A stretch of DNA of 64,000 nucleotides from Fidelibacterota bacterium (GCA_016783665.1 JADHWC010000004.1:1934-65933), one strand, 5' to 3'; shown: positions 19,470 to 29,941, counted from the stretch's first letter. Made by a program: numbers and translations. Notes: a model not told the origin generated them from the sequence alone.

Positions 19470-20447
19470 TTAGCTTAGATCTACCAGGAAAAAACACCGC
19501 ACAGAATGACTGTTTGAAATGCAAATAGAGGAAGGTTCTTTTACCCGACAGATGTCTTGAGCTTTGGGACATCTTGGATGAAACCGGCAACCGGGCGGTG
19601 GATTTGTTAACGACGATATTTCACCGGGGATTGCAGCCGGGAGATTATTTTCTTTTAAGGCGCGGGCAATATCCAGCAAAGCTTTGGTATAGGGATGAGC
19701 CGGCGATTTTTGGATATCGCCGGTTCTGCCATATTCGGTCATACAACCGGCATACAACACCAGAATATTATCTGCAAAGGATAGCGCTTCATCGACGTCA
19801 TGTGTAACCAGAATTAGTGTGAGATTATTTTCTTGTTTCAACCGGTTCAGCAAATTCAGGTAATATTTCTTCGAGATGGAGTCAAGAGAGGAGGAAGGTT
19901 CATCTGCGATTAATAATTGAGGTTCACCGGCAAGCGCCAGCGCTAACGCCACCCGTTGAGTCATGCCGCCTGACAGCTGGTGAGGGTAAGCATGAAATAT
20001 GCGTTCCGGCTCTGATAATCCGACGGTTTCGAGTAATTTCAGGGCATGTTTTTTTCTTTTATTCTTTTCGATTTTTGATTTTACGGACAGCACATCGGTA
20101 ATTTGGTTTCCGCAACGGACGACCGGGTTAAGACTGGCGACAGCTTCTTGAAACACCATGCCAATTTCTCTGCCACGCATATTTAACAAATCAGATTCTT
20201 CAGCGGTTATGATAGATATTTTTGTATTGTCCGAAGATATATACCAGATATTGCCGGAGCGTGAAAAACCGGGAGGCAGAAGTCCAATAATAGATTTGCA
20301 CAGCATACTTTTTCCGCTTCCGGTTTCACCGATGACAGCCAGGGTTTCACCGGAATTTAAAGAAAAACTAATATTCCTTAATATGCTGATCGATCTACCG
20401 GAAGGACTATTTACAACAGATAGATTTTCAACAGTTAAAAGGCTCAT
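19470..20447 (-). CDS. oppD: Oligo/dipeptide ABC transporter ATPase, OppD/DppD type
   Basis: GETGSGKS, HQLSGGMTQR, LIADEP, C-terminal HPYTKALL and PPGCRFHPRC. Confidence 0.85.
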   Translation of the reverse strand: MSLLTVENLSVVNSPSGRSISILRNISFSLNSGETLAVIGETGSGKSMLCKSIIGLLPPGFSRSGNIWYISSDNTKISIITAEESDLLNMRGREIGMVFQEAVASLNPVVRCGNQITDVLSVKSKIEKNKRKKHALKLLETVGLSEPERIFHAYPHQLSGGMTQRVALALALAGEPQLLIADEPSSSLDSISKKYYLNLLNRLKQENNLTLILVTHDVDEALSFADNILVLYAGCMTEYGRTGDIQKSPAHPYTKALLDIARALKENNLPAAIPGEISSLTNPPPGCRFHPRCPKAQDICRVKEPSSICISNSHSVRCFFLVDLS

Positions 20448-21265
20448 ACTAGCCCTGTTTTAGAAAGATTTGTTAGATTAGAGGCATCAATTAATTCTTT
20501 TGTATGATTATCGGATGGGTGTTGCAATAATGTTTCCGCCGGACCCTGCTCTGTAAAAACGCCATTTTTCATTATCGCTATTCGATCTGAAAGCAACCGC
20601 ACAATTGACAGATTGTGAGAAATTAACAGATAACTTAATTGGTATGTTTGTTTCAACCTGTTAAGAAGTTCAATCAGTTGAACTCCGGCTGATAAATCCT
20701 GTGATGAAACGGGTTCGTCAAGAATTAGAAGTTTGGGATTCAGCGCCAGAGCCCGGGCAATATTGATCCGCTGTTTTTGACCGCCGCTGAGTTGATGGGG
20801 ATACCGCCATCGAATCTCGGAATCCAATCCTACCGTATCAAGGAGTTGCTTGACATTACCTGTACGTGTCTGGTCATTTGGCTGAGCCCGGAGCGCTTCA
20901 ATAATGATCTTATTAACGGTCATCCTCGGATTCAGGGAGTTGCCGTAATCCTGAAATACCGGCTGAATAAGCGGTCTTAATCTTCTGATATTTTTTCGGT
21001 TGAGTTGCCAAATATTTTTTCCCATAAAGCTGATGGCTCCGGCTGAAGGTTTCACAAATCCGAGAGCGGACATTGCGATGCTTGTTTTACCGCAGCCGGA
21101 CCTCCCGACAATTGCGAAGCTTTCGCCTTGCCGGATGCTGAAAGAGACGCCATTAACTGCGTGAACGGTTTGATCAGCAGTAAAAAATGTGCTCTTCTGC
21201 TGATAAACGATCCGGAGATTCTGGATTTGCAACAATGTCTTTGAGGCAGTTATCCCGGCTTGCAT
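20444..21265 (-). CDS. oppF: Oligo/dipeptide ABC transporter ATPase, OppF/DppF type (short)
   Basis: AVNGVSFSI, GRSGCGKT, YPHQLSGGQKQRINIARAL, LDEPVS. Confidence 0.8.
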   Translation of the reverse strand: MQAGITASKTLLQIQNLRIVYQQKSTFFTADQTVHAVNGVSFSIRQGESFAIVGRSGCGKTSIAMSALGFVKPSAGAISFMGKNIWQLNRKNIRRLRPLIQPVFQDYGNSLNPRMTVNKIIIEALRAQPNDQTRTGNVKQLLDTVGLDSEIRWRYPHQLSGGQKQRINIARALALNPKLLILDEPVSSQDLSAGVQLIELLNRLKQTYQLSYLLISHNLSIVRLLSDRIAIMKNGVFTEQGPAETLLQHPSDNHTKELIDASNLTNLSKTGLV

Positions 21266-22101
21266 TAAGAATTTCCGGTAAATTTCGGATCAAGAATGTT
21301 TCGTAAACCATCACCGATTAAATTAAAGCCAATAATAGCTGCAATAATAAAAATTCCTGAAAACACTGAAATCCACCATGTTCCAATTGGATCAAAACGA
21401 CCTTCGGTCAGTATCGTTCCCCAGCTGGCATTCGGTGGCTGAACACCCAGCCCCAGGAAGCTGATACTCGATTCGATTAAAATAAGCGTGGAGATTAATA
21501 GCACCGATGATACGATGATTGTTCCCATGACATTGGGCAAAATATGAATAAAAATAATTCTCCTGCGCCGCAATCCGATTGCTTCGGCTGATTTTATATA
21601 TAATTGTTCCTTTATGACAAGAACTTCAGAGCGTACAATGCGGGCAATTTCCATCCATGAGAAAATTGCGAGGAATAAAATAATCAGCCCGATTGATGAA
21701 TAACCCATACCGATAACAAGTAAGATGATAAACAGCTTTGGGAAACCAAGCATGATATCAACCAGCCGCATTAATATACGATCGAGCCAACCACCGACGA
21801 AGGCAGAAATAAGACCGATAATCATACCAATCAGAACAGCTATCGTTGTTGCAAGCAAAGCAATGCCAAGTGTTATTTGTCCGCCATGCATCATCCGGGC
21901 TAACACGTCTCTGCCGTAATAATCGGTTCCGAGGGGGTGTGAGACGGAAGGAGATTGAAGCGCTTCGGATAAATTTTGTGAACTATAGTTATACGGTGAT
22001 AAAGACGGACCAATTAAAGAAAATATAATAATTATTCCGATAAGGATAGAACCGACATACAGCGATTTATCCGAGCAGATAAAATCAACAATCCTTTTCA
22101 T
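21265..22101 (-). CDS. oppC: Oligo/dipeptide ABC permease, OppC type
   Basis: HPLGTDYYGRDVLARMMHG, EAA-type YIKSAEAIG, SFLGLGVQPP-ASWG, GDGLRNILDPK. Confidence 0.88.
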   Translation of the reverse strand: MKRIVDFICSDKSLYVGSILIGIIIIFSLIGPSLSPYNYSSQNLSEALQSPSVSHPLGTDYYGRDVLARMMHGGQITLGIALLATTIAVLIGMIIGLISAFVGGWLDRILMRLVDIMLGFPKLFIILLVIGMGYSSIGLIILFLAIFSWMEIARIVRSEVLVIKEQLYIKSAEAIGLRRRRIIFIHILPNVMGTIIVSSVLLISTLILIESSISFLGLGVQPPNASWGTILTEGRFDPIGTWWISVFSGIFIIAAIIGFNLIGDGLRNILDPKFTGNS

Positions 22102-23081
22102 GAATTTTTCCGTGTTTGGTAGCGGATTCTCGGATCAATAATGGAATAAGTAATATCTGCAATCAGATTTCCGGCGACTACCGCAAAAAATGCAAGTATG
22201 CTGGCTGCCAGGATGATGGGATAGTCCCGACCGAAAACAGCGCTGACCATAGTCCGCCCCATACCGGGAAGCGAGAAAATCACTTCCACTATGACAGCGC
22301 CGCTCAAAAGCGCCGGTATGATAACGCCGAGCAGACTGATAATAGGGAGGAGTGAATTTTTCAGACAATATCGAAAAAGAATCTTGTTATGACCGATACC
22401 ACGAGCCCGGGCTCCGAGGATGTAGTCGGATCGAAGAGCCTCAATCACGCCTGATCGAATATACCGGAAAAACGTTGCCGCGAGAGGCAGTCCAAGGGTT
22501 AATACCGGCAGGAACAGGTGTTTTATATAATCGGTAAAACGACCTATTGTATTCAACTGGTCGTGATACAGCGATGTCAAATGTGAGGAAGGAAGCCAGC
22601 CCAGCTGTATTGAGAAAACACCAAGGAACATAATCCCCAGCCAGAAAGCGGGAGTGGAGAAAAAAAGCATCATGATTATTGTTATGGTTCGATCAGTGAA
22701 GGTGTTCGAACGGATTGCCGCCAATATCCCAAGTAAAATTCCGGTGATTAACGCAAATACAAGAGCACAGCCCGCCAGCAGGATCGTTGGTAAAAGCGCC
22801 GACCGGAGCACTTCGGAGCTGGGCTTTCCGTTGTAGAAAGAGTTTCCGAAATCGAAATGAAACAGAACCCGTTTTACCCAATTCCAGTATTGAATATAAA
22901 GTGGTTCATTTAACCCAAAACGCTTCTGGATGACCTGCTGTATTTCGGGAGATTGAGAAGGATCCAGAAAGCGGATGCCGGGGTCGCCGGGAGCCAGATG
23001 CACAATTAGGAATGTTAGAGTTATACCAATGATGATTGTTGGGACAGAATCAAGTACTCGTTTAAGGATAATGGAGATCAC
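22098..23081 (-). CDS. oppB: Oligo/dipeptide ABC permease, OppB type
   Basis: HLAPGDP, GLNEPLYIQY, DYILGARARG, VEVIFSLPGMG, RDYP, IDPRIRY. Confidence 0.88.
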   Translation of the reverse strand: MISIILKRVLDSVPTIIIGITLTFLIVHLAPGDPGIRFLDPSQSPEIQQVIQKRFGLNEPLYIQYWNWVKRVLFHFDFGNSFYNGKPSSEVLRSALLPTILLAGCALVFALITGILLGILAAIRSNTFTDRTITIIMMLFFSTPAFWLGIMFLGVFSIQLGWLPSSHLTSLYHDQLNTIGRFTDYIKHLFLPVLTLGLPLAATFFRYIRSGVIEALRSDYILGARARGIGHNKILFRYCLKNSLLPIISLLGVIIPALLSGAVIVEVIFSLPGMGRTMVSAVFGRDYPIILAASILAFFAVVAGNLIADITYSIIDPRIRYQTRKNS

Positions 23082-23087
23082 GCAACC

Positions 23088-24830
23088 CTATCCTTCGAAC
23101 AATTTATCGATTCGATTGCGTTCATCCAGCGGTATCCACCAATCTTCGAGATTGATGTACATGCCCCGCTTATCAGATTTGACATTTTTAAAACGGCCAT
23201 GGATGGCTGAGCATTCCAGACGATAATATAGCCAAGTATAGGGTAACTCATATGACAACAGGCGGGCGATATTATTGTAATATTGTTGAGCAGCCTTCGG
23301 ATCAAGGGTGTTTTTTGAGGCGGAATCGAGGCTGTCGTAACGGAGCGAATGATAACCGGTGAAATGAAACGGGGTGAAGAAGCTGGAACTGTGAAATAAT
23401 GGCGCAAGGTCCATGGTAAGCCCGACCACCCAACCAATGACAACCGCATCAAAGTCTTTTGATGGAAGCATTTTTCCGTAGAGTAGCGCCGGCTCGACCA
23501 GGCGGGGCGTGACCCGAATACCGATTTTGCCCAATTGGTCCTGAATGATAGTGGCAACTTGTTCCCAACGAACATTTCCGTTTTCGGTGACCATCTCAAA
23601 TTCAAAAGCCACCCCGTCTTTATCCAGGATTCCGTCTTTATCGCTGTCGATCCAGCCTTCTTCAGAAAGCAATTTGAGGGCTTGCCGGGGATCATAATAC
23701 CAGTGAATATTTGCATCTTCATTATAAGCGGCTAAGATTGGAGGCACAGGACCATCCATCGTCAGCGCCATACCAAAATTGACGGCATTGGTCAATGCTT
23801 CGCGATCAATTGCCATTGTCAATGCACATCTAACTTTTTGGCTGCCGAATAATTTGTTGGGCTTTATGTATTCATTTATTTTAATCTCGGATATCTCGTT
23901 TTGTATTGCTTCCTGGTATGTATCGGGATCGATAAGATTCCAGCCGATAAAGTCGTATCGTCGTCCCACGTAGCTGACAGGTCTGACTGACGATTTGCCC
24001 TCGTCCCAATTTTTGATGATACCCTGAAAATCTTTTGGATATATTCCTTCAACCAAATCGACCTCTCCTGCTTTTAGCTGGGTCAGCAGATTTAAATTAT
24101 CTGGTACAATCTTGAAAATAATTCTGTCCAAGTGAGGTTTACCGGTTTCATAATAGGAACTGTTTTTTATTAGCGTAACGGTTTGCTGGTCTTTCCACCC
24201 GAGAAACCGAAACGGACCGGTTCCGACCGGATGCCTGTTAAAGGATGATTCGTGCATTTTCTCAGGGGGATCATGTTCCAGAATATGTTTGGGGACGATA
24301 TAACCTTCGACTGCATCCATTAACATTGACAGGCTTTTTTTGTGAAAAGTAAAGATGACAGTAGAATCATTGGGCGATTGGACTGATGCAATGTTATCTT
24401 TGTATGAGATGCCATCCCAGGCGACATCAGGATTAATCTGCATCTGATAATTATATATAACATCTGTGGCAGTAAATGGTATGTTATCATGCCATAGTAC
24501 ATCGGTTCTTAGGTGAAATATAAGGGACATGCTGTCGGAAGAGAACGACCATTTTTTTGCAAGTTGCGGGGTAAAAGTGGCTAAATCTTCATTTAGATCG
24601 GCTAATCTTCTGAAAATCAGGCTAATAATATTTCTTGAAGTTTGCGATAGCGCAGTCAATGGATTGAGTGATTCGGGTTCTGACCGGACTCCGACAACTA
24701 GCGTGCCGCCGTCAGCAATTTCTGTAGTATCGGTTTCGGAATATAATTGTTTTATATTTTTGATCTTCGAGTCACAAGAAAACAAAACGAATACCAGACA
24801 GACAATGATTATCAGGTGTGTTGTCTTCAT
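23088..24830 (-). CDS. oppA: Peptide ABC transporter substrate-binding lipoprotein (SBP family 5)
   Basis: Lipobox LFSC, PESLNP, PQLAKKW, HLRTDVLWHD-PFTATDV, PVGTGPF, VRCALTMAIDR. Confidence 0.88.
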   Translation of the reverse strand: MKTTHLIIIVCLVFVLFSCDSKIKNIKQLYSETDTTEIADGGTLVVGVRSEPESLNPLTALSQTSRNIISLIFRRLADLNEDLATFTPQLAKKWSFSSDSMSLIFHLRTDVLWHDNIPFTATDVIYNYQMQINPDVAWDGISYKDNIASVQSPNDSTVIFTFHKKSLSMLMDAVEGYIVPKHILEHDPPEKMHESSFNRHPVGTGPFRFLGWKDQQTVTLIKNSSYYETGKPHLDRIIFKIVPDNLNLLTQLKAGEVDLVEGIYPKDFQGIIKNWDEGKSSVRPVSYVGRRYDFIGWNLIDPDTYQEAIQNEISEIKINEYIKPNKLFGSQKVRCALTMAIDREALTNAVNFGMALTMDGPVPPILAAYNEDANIHWYYDPRQALKLLSEEGWIDSDKDGILDKDGVAFEFEMVTENGNVRWEQVATIIQDQLGKIGIRVTPRLVEPALLYGKMLPSKDFDAVVIGWVVGLTMDLAPLFHSSSFFTPFHFTGYHSLRYDSLDSASKNTLDPKAAQQYYNNIARLLSYELPYTWLYYRLECSAIHGRFKNVKSDKRGMYINLEDWWIPLDERNRIDKLFEG

Positions 24831-24849
24831 TATGTTTAAATCCTGCTGA

Positions 24850-26349
24850 TTATGAAGACGCTTTTCGATTAGAAGCAGCTAATTTTTTCCCAACTTCAGA
24901 AAGGGTGAAGGTAATTTTTTCGAACGAGAACGGCTTGTTAAGCACAAAATCAATCCTGTTCTCCAGATCACTTTCATTTAGATTTAATGCCCAGCCGGAA
25001 ATTAAAATCACCTGAATCCTGGGGTTTATGGATTTAATATTTTCGGCTAATTCAAGACCGTTGATCCCGGGCATGCCAAGGTCGGTAATGACAATATCAA
25101 AAGTATTCTTTTTAATATCCGCCAGGGCTTGCCTCGGGTCGGTGTTGGTATGAATGGTATGACCTAGATCCGATAAAAAATCCCGCAGCGTTTCAAGGAT
25201 ATATTCCTCATCATCAATAATATATATGGAAAAAGTGTTTGTTTGAGCTACGGCGGCAGCGGATATTTTTTCTACAGATTGTTTAGCGGATGGAAAACGG
25301 ATTTTTATGGTTGTTCCGTTTCCGGCTTCGCTCTGGATATAGGTTTTTCCGTTATGTCGTTTTATAATGCCATACACTTCACTCATACCGAGACCACTCC
25401 CCAGAACTCCTTTTGTTGTGAAGAATGGGTCAAATACACGTTCGATTGTTTCTTCTGTCATGCCAATACCGGTATCTTTAAAATTGACATGGATATAATT
25501 ATCCATCTGCTCGGTCTTGATTGATAGAATTCCACCGTTCGGCATGGCGTCGATAGCGTTAAAGATTATGTTGGTAAATGCGTTGCGCAAATCTGACGAG
25601 TCCCCAAGTATAAAAAGATCATCATTCAATTCGAGGATTGGTTCTATCAGGATACCTTTGATTGTGGAAGCCGCATCCCATTTTGGGCGTGTGATTTCGA
25701 CAACCTCTTCGATAATGTTTTTTAAATTTACCGATTCATTCAGAGTCTTTGAGCTGGGACGCGAGAACTCCTGGATTTTACGGACCTTGGAAGCGCCATC
25801 CAGCGCTGATTTTTCGATCATATCGAGACTTTTTAAAAAATATGGATCAGAGCTCAGCCTTTTCATGAGCTGAACCCTGCCCAACACCACGGTAAGAACG
25901 TTGTTGAAATCATGGGCGACACCGGAACTTATCTGACCAAGCGCAGTTAGCTTTTTCATCTGGGTGGATTTTTCTTCCAGTTCGCGTGATTTTGTGATGT
26001 TTTTGACGGTAATGATGAACGAATCCAATTCTTCGGTCTCAGATAGAATTGGGAAGCAGCGTTCCTCAAAATACTCATTAAACCGATTATCATACTTAAC
26101 AAGAGGGATGACGGTTCCGCTGTTTACTGTGTCCCGGAGCGGACAATCTACGCAGGGGCGATTATTCTGCCGTAGGACCTGGTGACATTTTTCGCCAATC
26201 AGGCTTTCGCCCTTTCCAAGTACAATATTAGCGGCTTCGTTGGATTCTATAATGGTAAAGCCGGCATCACAGACCATTATCAGATCGATAAAATGGTCGA
26301 AGATGAACCTGTATTTTGCATCAGCGCTAAGAAAATCCGGTCTGTTCAT
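24850..26349 (-). CDS. Hybrid sensor histidine kinase (PAS - HisKA - HATPase - REC), cytoplasmic
   Basis: SGVAHDFNNVL, NIIFNAIDAM, DTGIGM, FFTTKG, GSGLGMS, REC IIDDE...ITDLGMP...K. No transmembrane segment. Confidence 0.92.
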   Translation of the reverse strand: MNRPDFLSADAKYRFIFDHFIDLIMVCDAGFTIIESNEAANIVLGKGESLIGEKCHQVLRQNNRPCVDCPLRDTVNSGTVIPLVKYDNRFNEYFEERCFPILSETEELDSFIITVKNITKSRELEEKSTQMKKLTALGQISSGVAHDFNNVLTVVLGRVQLMKRLSSDPYFLKSLDMIEKSALDGASKVRKIQEFSRPSSKTLNESVNLKNIIEEVVEITRPKWDAASTIKGILIEPILELNDDLFILGDSSDLRNAFTNIIFNAIDAMPNGGILSIKTEQMDNYIHVNFKDTGIGMTEETIERVFDPFFTTKGVLGSGLGMSEVYGIIKRHNGKTYIQSEAGNGTTIKIRFPSAKQSVEKISAAAVAQTNTFSIYIIDDEEYILETLRDFLSDLGHTIHTNTDPRQALADIKKNTFDIVITDLGMPGINGLELAENIKSINPRIQVILISGWALNLNESDLENRIDFVLNKPFSFEKITFTLSEVGKKLAASNRKASS

Positions 26350-26457
26350 TTGAGCGATAATACACCCTTCCCACTAATCGGATGTAAAGATACAAAAGTA
26401 TATTTATAAAGGCTATAAATTCTGCCGAAAATATCAAATTGTTTTTTTATGCAGAGC

Positions 26458-27684
26458 TTATACGAGGTCGCCAAAATGTGATTTAATGTGCTCGACTTTA
26501 GAGTCCGCTCCGATTTTCTGAAAATTCCTGATCGCCAGATTCACTGTTTTCTTTGCCAGCGACTTTTCTCCCGTATCGGCATATAATTTTGCCATTTCAA
26601 CCAGCGTTTCTGCCAGGTTAATCGGGTTCGTTATCTTTTCATATATGCGCCGGCTGTTTTCAAAATAAGATAACGAAATATCGTAATTTTTACTTTGACG
26701 GTTGATCATTCCAAGGATCTTATACGCCTCGGCTGTGCTGAGGCGGTCCCCGGATTCACTGAAAATGGCAAACGCTGACGTGACCAGCGCAGTGCTGGCG
26801 GAAAGTTCACCCTGCAGACAGGCAATCTCGGCTTTTGCCAGATAGACAAGTCCTTTTTGATATCGGTTATTGGTTTTACGAATGAGCTCAAGGGCTTTGT
26901 CAAGGTATTCAGTAGATGTGTCGTAAGACTGAGTGAATTTATACGTGATCGCAAAGTTCATATAGATATTTGATAAAAGCTCAGGGTCCTGACCCAAATT
27001 TGCATCGAGGGCTTTTTGGTAACATTTAATGGCGTCCTTGTAAAGCCCTCTCATATTATAAATAATGCCAAGATTCATATTGGCTTTAGCGATCATTTCC
27101 GGAACCTTCACCTCTTCCGCCATTTTCCTGGCTTGAATGAAATGAATTTCACCCTCGTAAAAATTGCCCTCTTCTACAAGCGCTGCGCCAATAACATTTT
27201 TGATCGATACGATTCCAACCTTGTTATCGATTTGAGTAAATAATTTCAGACTTCTGTTAAAATATTTTTGAGCGGCTCGAAAGTCATTTGTGTAAAATTC
27301 GATATTGCCTAATTTCCGTAAAATATTTGCCACGATCTCTTTGTTCTTTTGACCGGTATTTTTCAGCGCTATATGAAGAATCTCTTTACCCCGTTTAAAT
27401 TCTCCATAATTGATCGCCGATCCACCGATATCATACAGCAACCCGGTATAATCGGTTTTACCCAGATATTTGGCTGCATGATAAACGATGGTATCAAAAT
27501 CTATATCACGTAAAATGATATCTTTCCGGTAGATTGGCAGTTCTTCCGGCAGCGGTTCTTTCTTCCACACATTATTGAGAATGCGCTCTCTCTCTTTGCG
27601 GAGCCTGAGCAGCTTATGGGAGAATTCAACGCCACAACGTTTTTCTGCCAACTCAAGAACTTCGAATAAATATTGTTTATTCAT
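26458..27684 (-). CDS. Tetratricopeptide-repeat protein with helical N-terminal extension
   Basis: 408 aa, multiple TPR-like units (LGNIEFYTNDFRAAQKYF, LGIIYNMRGLYKDAIKCYQKAL, LGMINRQSKNYDISLSYF). No HTH or catalytic domain recognised. Confidence 0.85.
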   Translation of the reverse strand: MNKQYLFEVLELAEKRCGVEFSHKLLRLRKERERILNNVWKKEPLPEELPIYRKDIILRDIDFDTIVYHAAKYLGKTDYTGLLYDIGGSAINYGEFKRGKEILHIALKNTGQKNKEIVANILRKLGNIEFYTNDFRAAQKYFNRSLKLFTQIDNKVGIVSIKNVIGAALVEEGNFYEGEIHFIQARKMAEEVKVPEMIAKANMNLGIIYNMRGLYKDAIKCYQKALDANLGQDPELLSNIYMNFAITYKFTQSYDTSTEYLDKALELIRKTNNRYQKGLVYLAKAEIACLQGELSASTALVTSAFAIFSESGDRLSTAEAYKILGMINRQSKNYDISLSYFENSRRIYEKITNPINLAETLVEMAKLYADTGEKSLAKKTVNLAIRNFQKIGADSKVEHIKSHFGDLV

Positions 27685-27746
27685 TTTTATATCCTATTGG
27701 TTAACAATTTTGGTTTCTCTTCTTAAAACAGTCATTATCATAAGTT

Positions 27747-28319
27747 TTATATACCCCATCCATACCGAGTGAAATGGTTGGTTTTGTATGTGACAGTTTT
27801 ATTTTCATAATTAATTACTGGTTCTGAATCCAGATTAAACCAATATTCTCCATCATCCTGACTAAAATATATATTTAGATCAGCGATTAAGAGCTCGTCA
27901 ATATCAAGATGTTCCCAGGATAAAGTTGCTTCGACAAATTCGTTAAAAGATCCGCTTGGTAAAAACTCTACCCATACGATGCCGTTTTTATTGTATTCGA
28001 CCTCTACGGTAACATATGTGTCTTCATTGAATGCGCCAGGAGGAAAAACAACCGAATTATTGTATGTATTCTCTCCGCCAACCGTGCCCCCCTCAGCAAC
28101 AGAAATCAGTTTCCCGTCGATAACGGATTTCTTCAGGGCTTTTAACTGAGAAACAAATTCCGGCTTTGCCGAAACCCATTGAATGTCGTCCATGTGAATT
28201 CCGATTGATTCCACCGGTTCGCTGGGATTTGAGACAGAATTTTCACTGCACCCATTGATGAAAATGAGCACCGAGAAAATCAAAACGAGACTGAATAACA
28301 GATGTGTTTTCCATTTCAT
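27747..28319 (-). CDS. Putative lipoprotein of unknown function (beta-rich, ZU5-like segment)
   Basis: MKWKTHLLFSLVLIFSVLIFINGC lipobox, EGGTVGG...VVFPPGAF...TNHFTRYGWGI. GAGG RBS before ATG 28319. Confidence 0.7.
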   Translation of the reverse strand: MKWKTHLLFSLVLIFSVLIFINGCSENSVSNPSEPVESIGIHMDDIQWVSAKPEFVSQLKALKKSVIDGKLISVAEGGTVGGENTYNNSVVFPPGAFNEDTYVTVEVEYNKNGIVWVEFLPSGSFNEFVEATLSWEHLDIDELLIADLNIYFSQDDGEYWFNLDSEPVINYENKTVTYKTNHFTRYGWGI

Positions 28320-28579
28320 GCCATACCTCACTTTGTTTTTTAACTTGAAAATATATCACTATTCATTATACAAACGATATACCAATATAGTATTTGAGTT
28401 TAAAAAAACCACAACATAAATCACAACGCACACGCAACTTATTGATAATACATATATAATGACACCGCTGGAATTGATATGGTTGATATAAGACAGGAAA
28501 TTGTTGAATAAAAGATTTAGAAACAGTTGGTTCATATTAACCACACTGGGTTATTTTAACCACCAATTAATATATCAGG

Positions 28580-29941
28580 TCAGTGGTGAATATTGAATTT
28601 TTTCATTCGGTATTTGAGAGTTTCTCTGGATATGTTCAGTAGTTTGGCGGCTCTGGTTTGATTACGGTTTGTTTTAATCAGAGCTTGTTCAATTAATGAT
28701 TTTTCAATATCGACTAACGATAGACCATCATTGGGAATCTTTATCATGTTACGATTATTCGATGGCGTTGCCAAGCTATCCAGTAATGATATATTATCAC
28801 AGGTTAGAAGATCGCTATCCTCAAATAATACAGCTCTCTCAATTGCGTTTTTAAGTTCGCGCACATTTCCAGGCCAGGAATGCTCAATCAGGCGTTGTTT
28901 GAGATTATTGGTAATCCCTTTAATATTCTTCTTAAACTCGGCATTGTAGATTTTTAAGAAGTGTTCAGCCAGAAGAATAACATCTTCTTTCCGGTCTCGG
29001 AGTGGCGGGATTGTGATTGAGGCGACGTTCAGGCGGTAGTAAAGATCTTCGCGGAACGTGCCTTCCGAAATACATGTTTCAATATTTCTTGATGATGCGC
29101 TGATGATACGGGTATCTATATGAATTTCCTTTGTGCCCCCGACTCTTCTGAAGGTTTGCTTCTCAAGAACTTTTAAAATTTTTGCCTGTAAACCGGGCGC
29201 CATATCACCGATTTCATCGAAGAAAAAAGAACCGTGATGAGCAAGTTCCAGCAGACCCTTTTTTCGATGGGTGGCGTTTGTAAATGCTCCCGCTTCATAA
29301 CCGAAAAGTTCAGCTTCTAAGAGCGTTTCCTGGAATGCGGAGCAATTGATTTCAATAAATGGTTTATTGCCTCTTTCGCTTTTATAATGAATGGCGCGGG
29401 CAACCAATTCTTTTCCTGTACCGGTTTCTCCTCGAATTAACACCGTTGTTTTTGGTGAATTGGCAACCTGCTGGATGAAACGGAAAACTTCTTTGATTGG
29501 TTCGCTTTTTCCGATAATATCGCCGAAACCGAAGATGACATCTTTCTGCTTTTGAAAATAGGCAAGTTGATCTTCTATTTGTTGTTCTTCAACGATTTTA
29601 TCGACGATTAATGAGATTTCATCGAGATTAAAGGGTTTGCGAATGTAATCTTTGGCGCCCAGCTTCATTGCCTGAACGGAAGTATCAACATTTGCATAAC
29701 CGGTTATGACGACGACAGGAATATTGTATTTCAGATTCTGCAGATGTTCTAAAAAGACAATGCCGTCCATGCCGGGTAATTTTATATCCAGAAAAATCAA
29801 ATCCGGATCTTCATTCTTTAGGTATTTCAGAGCCTCTTCAGCAGAAATGAGAGTTGTTACATCGTGTCCGGCTGGAGATAATAAATCCCGGAAAGTGTTG
29901 CGAATATATTTGTCGTCGTCGATAACTAAAATTGATGCCAT
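28580..29941 (-). CDS. Sigma54-dependent response regulator (NtrC/AtoC family)
   Basis: REC (VIDDD, FLDIKLPG), AAA+ GETGTGKE, ELFGYEAGAFTNA (GAFTGA variant), FREDLYYRL, WPGNVREL, Fis HTH NQTRAAKLLNISRETLKYRM. Confidence 0.95.
   Translation of the reverse strand: MASILVIDDDKYIRNTFRDLLSPAGHDVTTLISAEEALKYLKNEDPDLIFLDIKLPGMDGIVFLEHLQNLKYNIPVVVITGYANVDTSVQAMKLGAKDYIRKPFNLDEISLIVDKIVEEQQIEDQLAYFQKQKDVIFGFGDIIGKSEPIKEVFRFIQQVANSPKTTVLIRGETGTGKELVARAIHYKSERGNKPFIEINCSAFQETLLEAELFGYEAGAFTNATHRKKGLLELAHHGSFFFDEIGDMAPGLQAKILKVLEKQTFRRVGGTKEIHIDTRIISASSRNIETCISEGTFREDLYYRLNVASITIPPLRDRKEDVILLAEHFLKIYNAEFKKNIKGITNNLKQRLIEHSWPGNVRELKNAIERAVLFEDSDLLTCDNISLLDSLATPSNNRNMIKIPNDGLSLVDIEKSLIEQALIKTNRNQTRAAKLLNISRETLKYRMKKFNIHH

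Noticed and set aside
23078-23722. 214-aa same-strand alternative-frame ORF within oppA, and the many 60-240 aa antisense ORFs (e.g. 1657-2208, 4587-5300, 51284-51841, 59546-60283)
   Set aside because: They are fully nested in well-supported genes, with no recognisable motifs or RBS, and are treated as shadow ORFs.
28332-28579. Sigma54 promoter (-24 GG / -12 GC) for the lipoprotein-TPR genes
   Set aside because: I found no TGGCAC-N5-TTGC-like element at correct spacing. The tggcagttttagtg sequence upstream of the pseudo-kinase also fails at -12.
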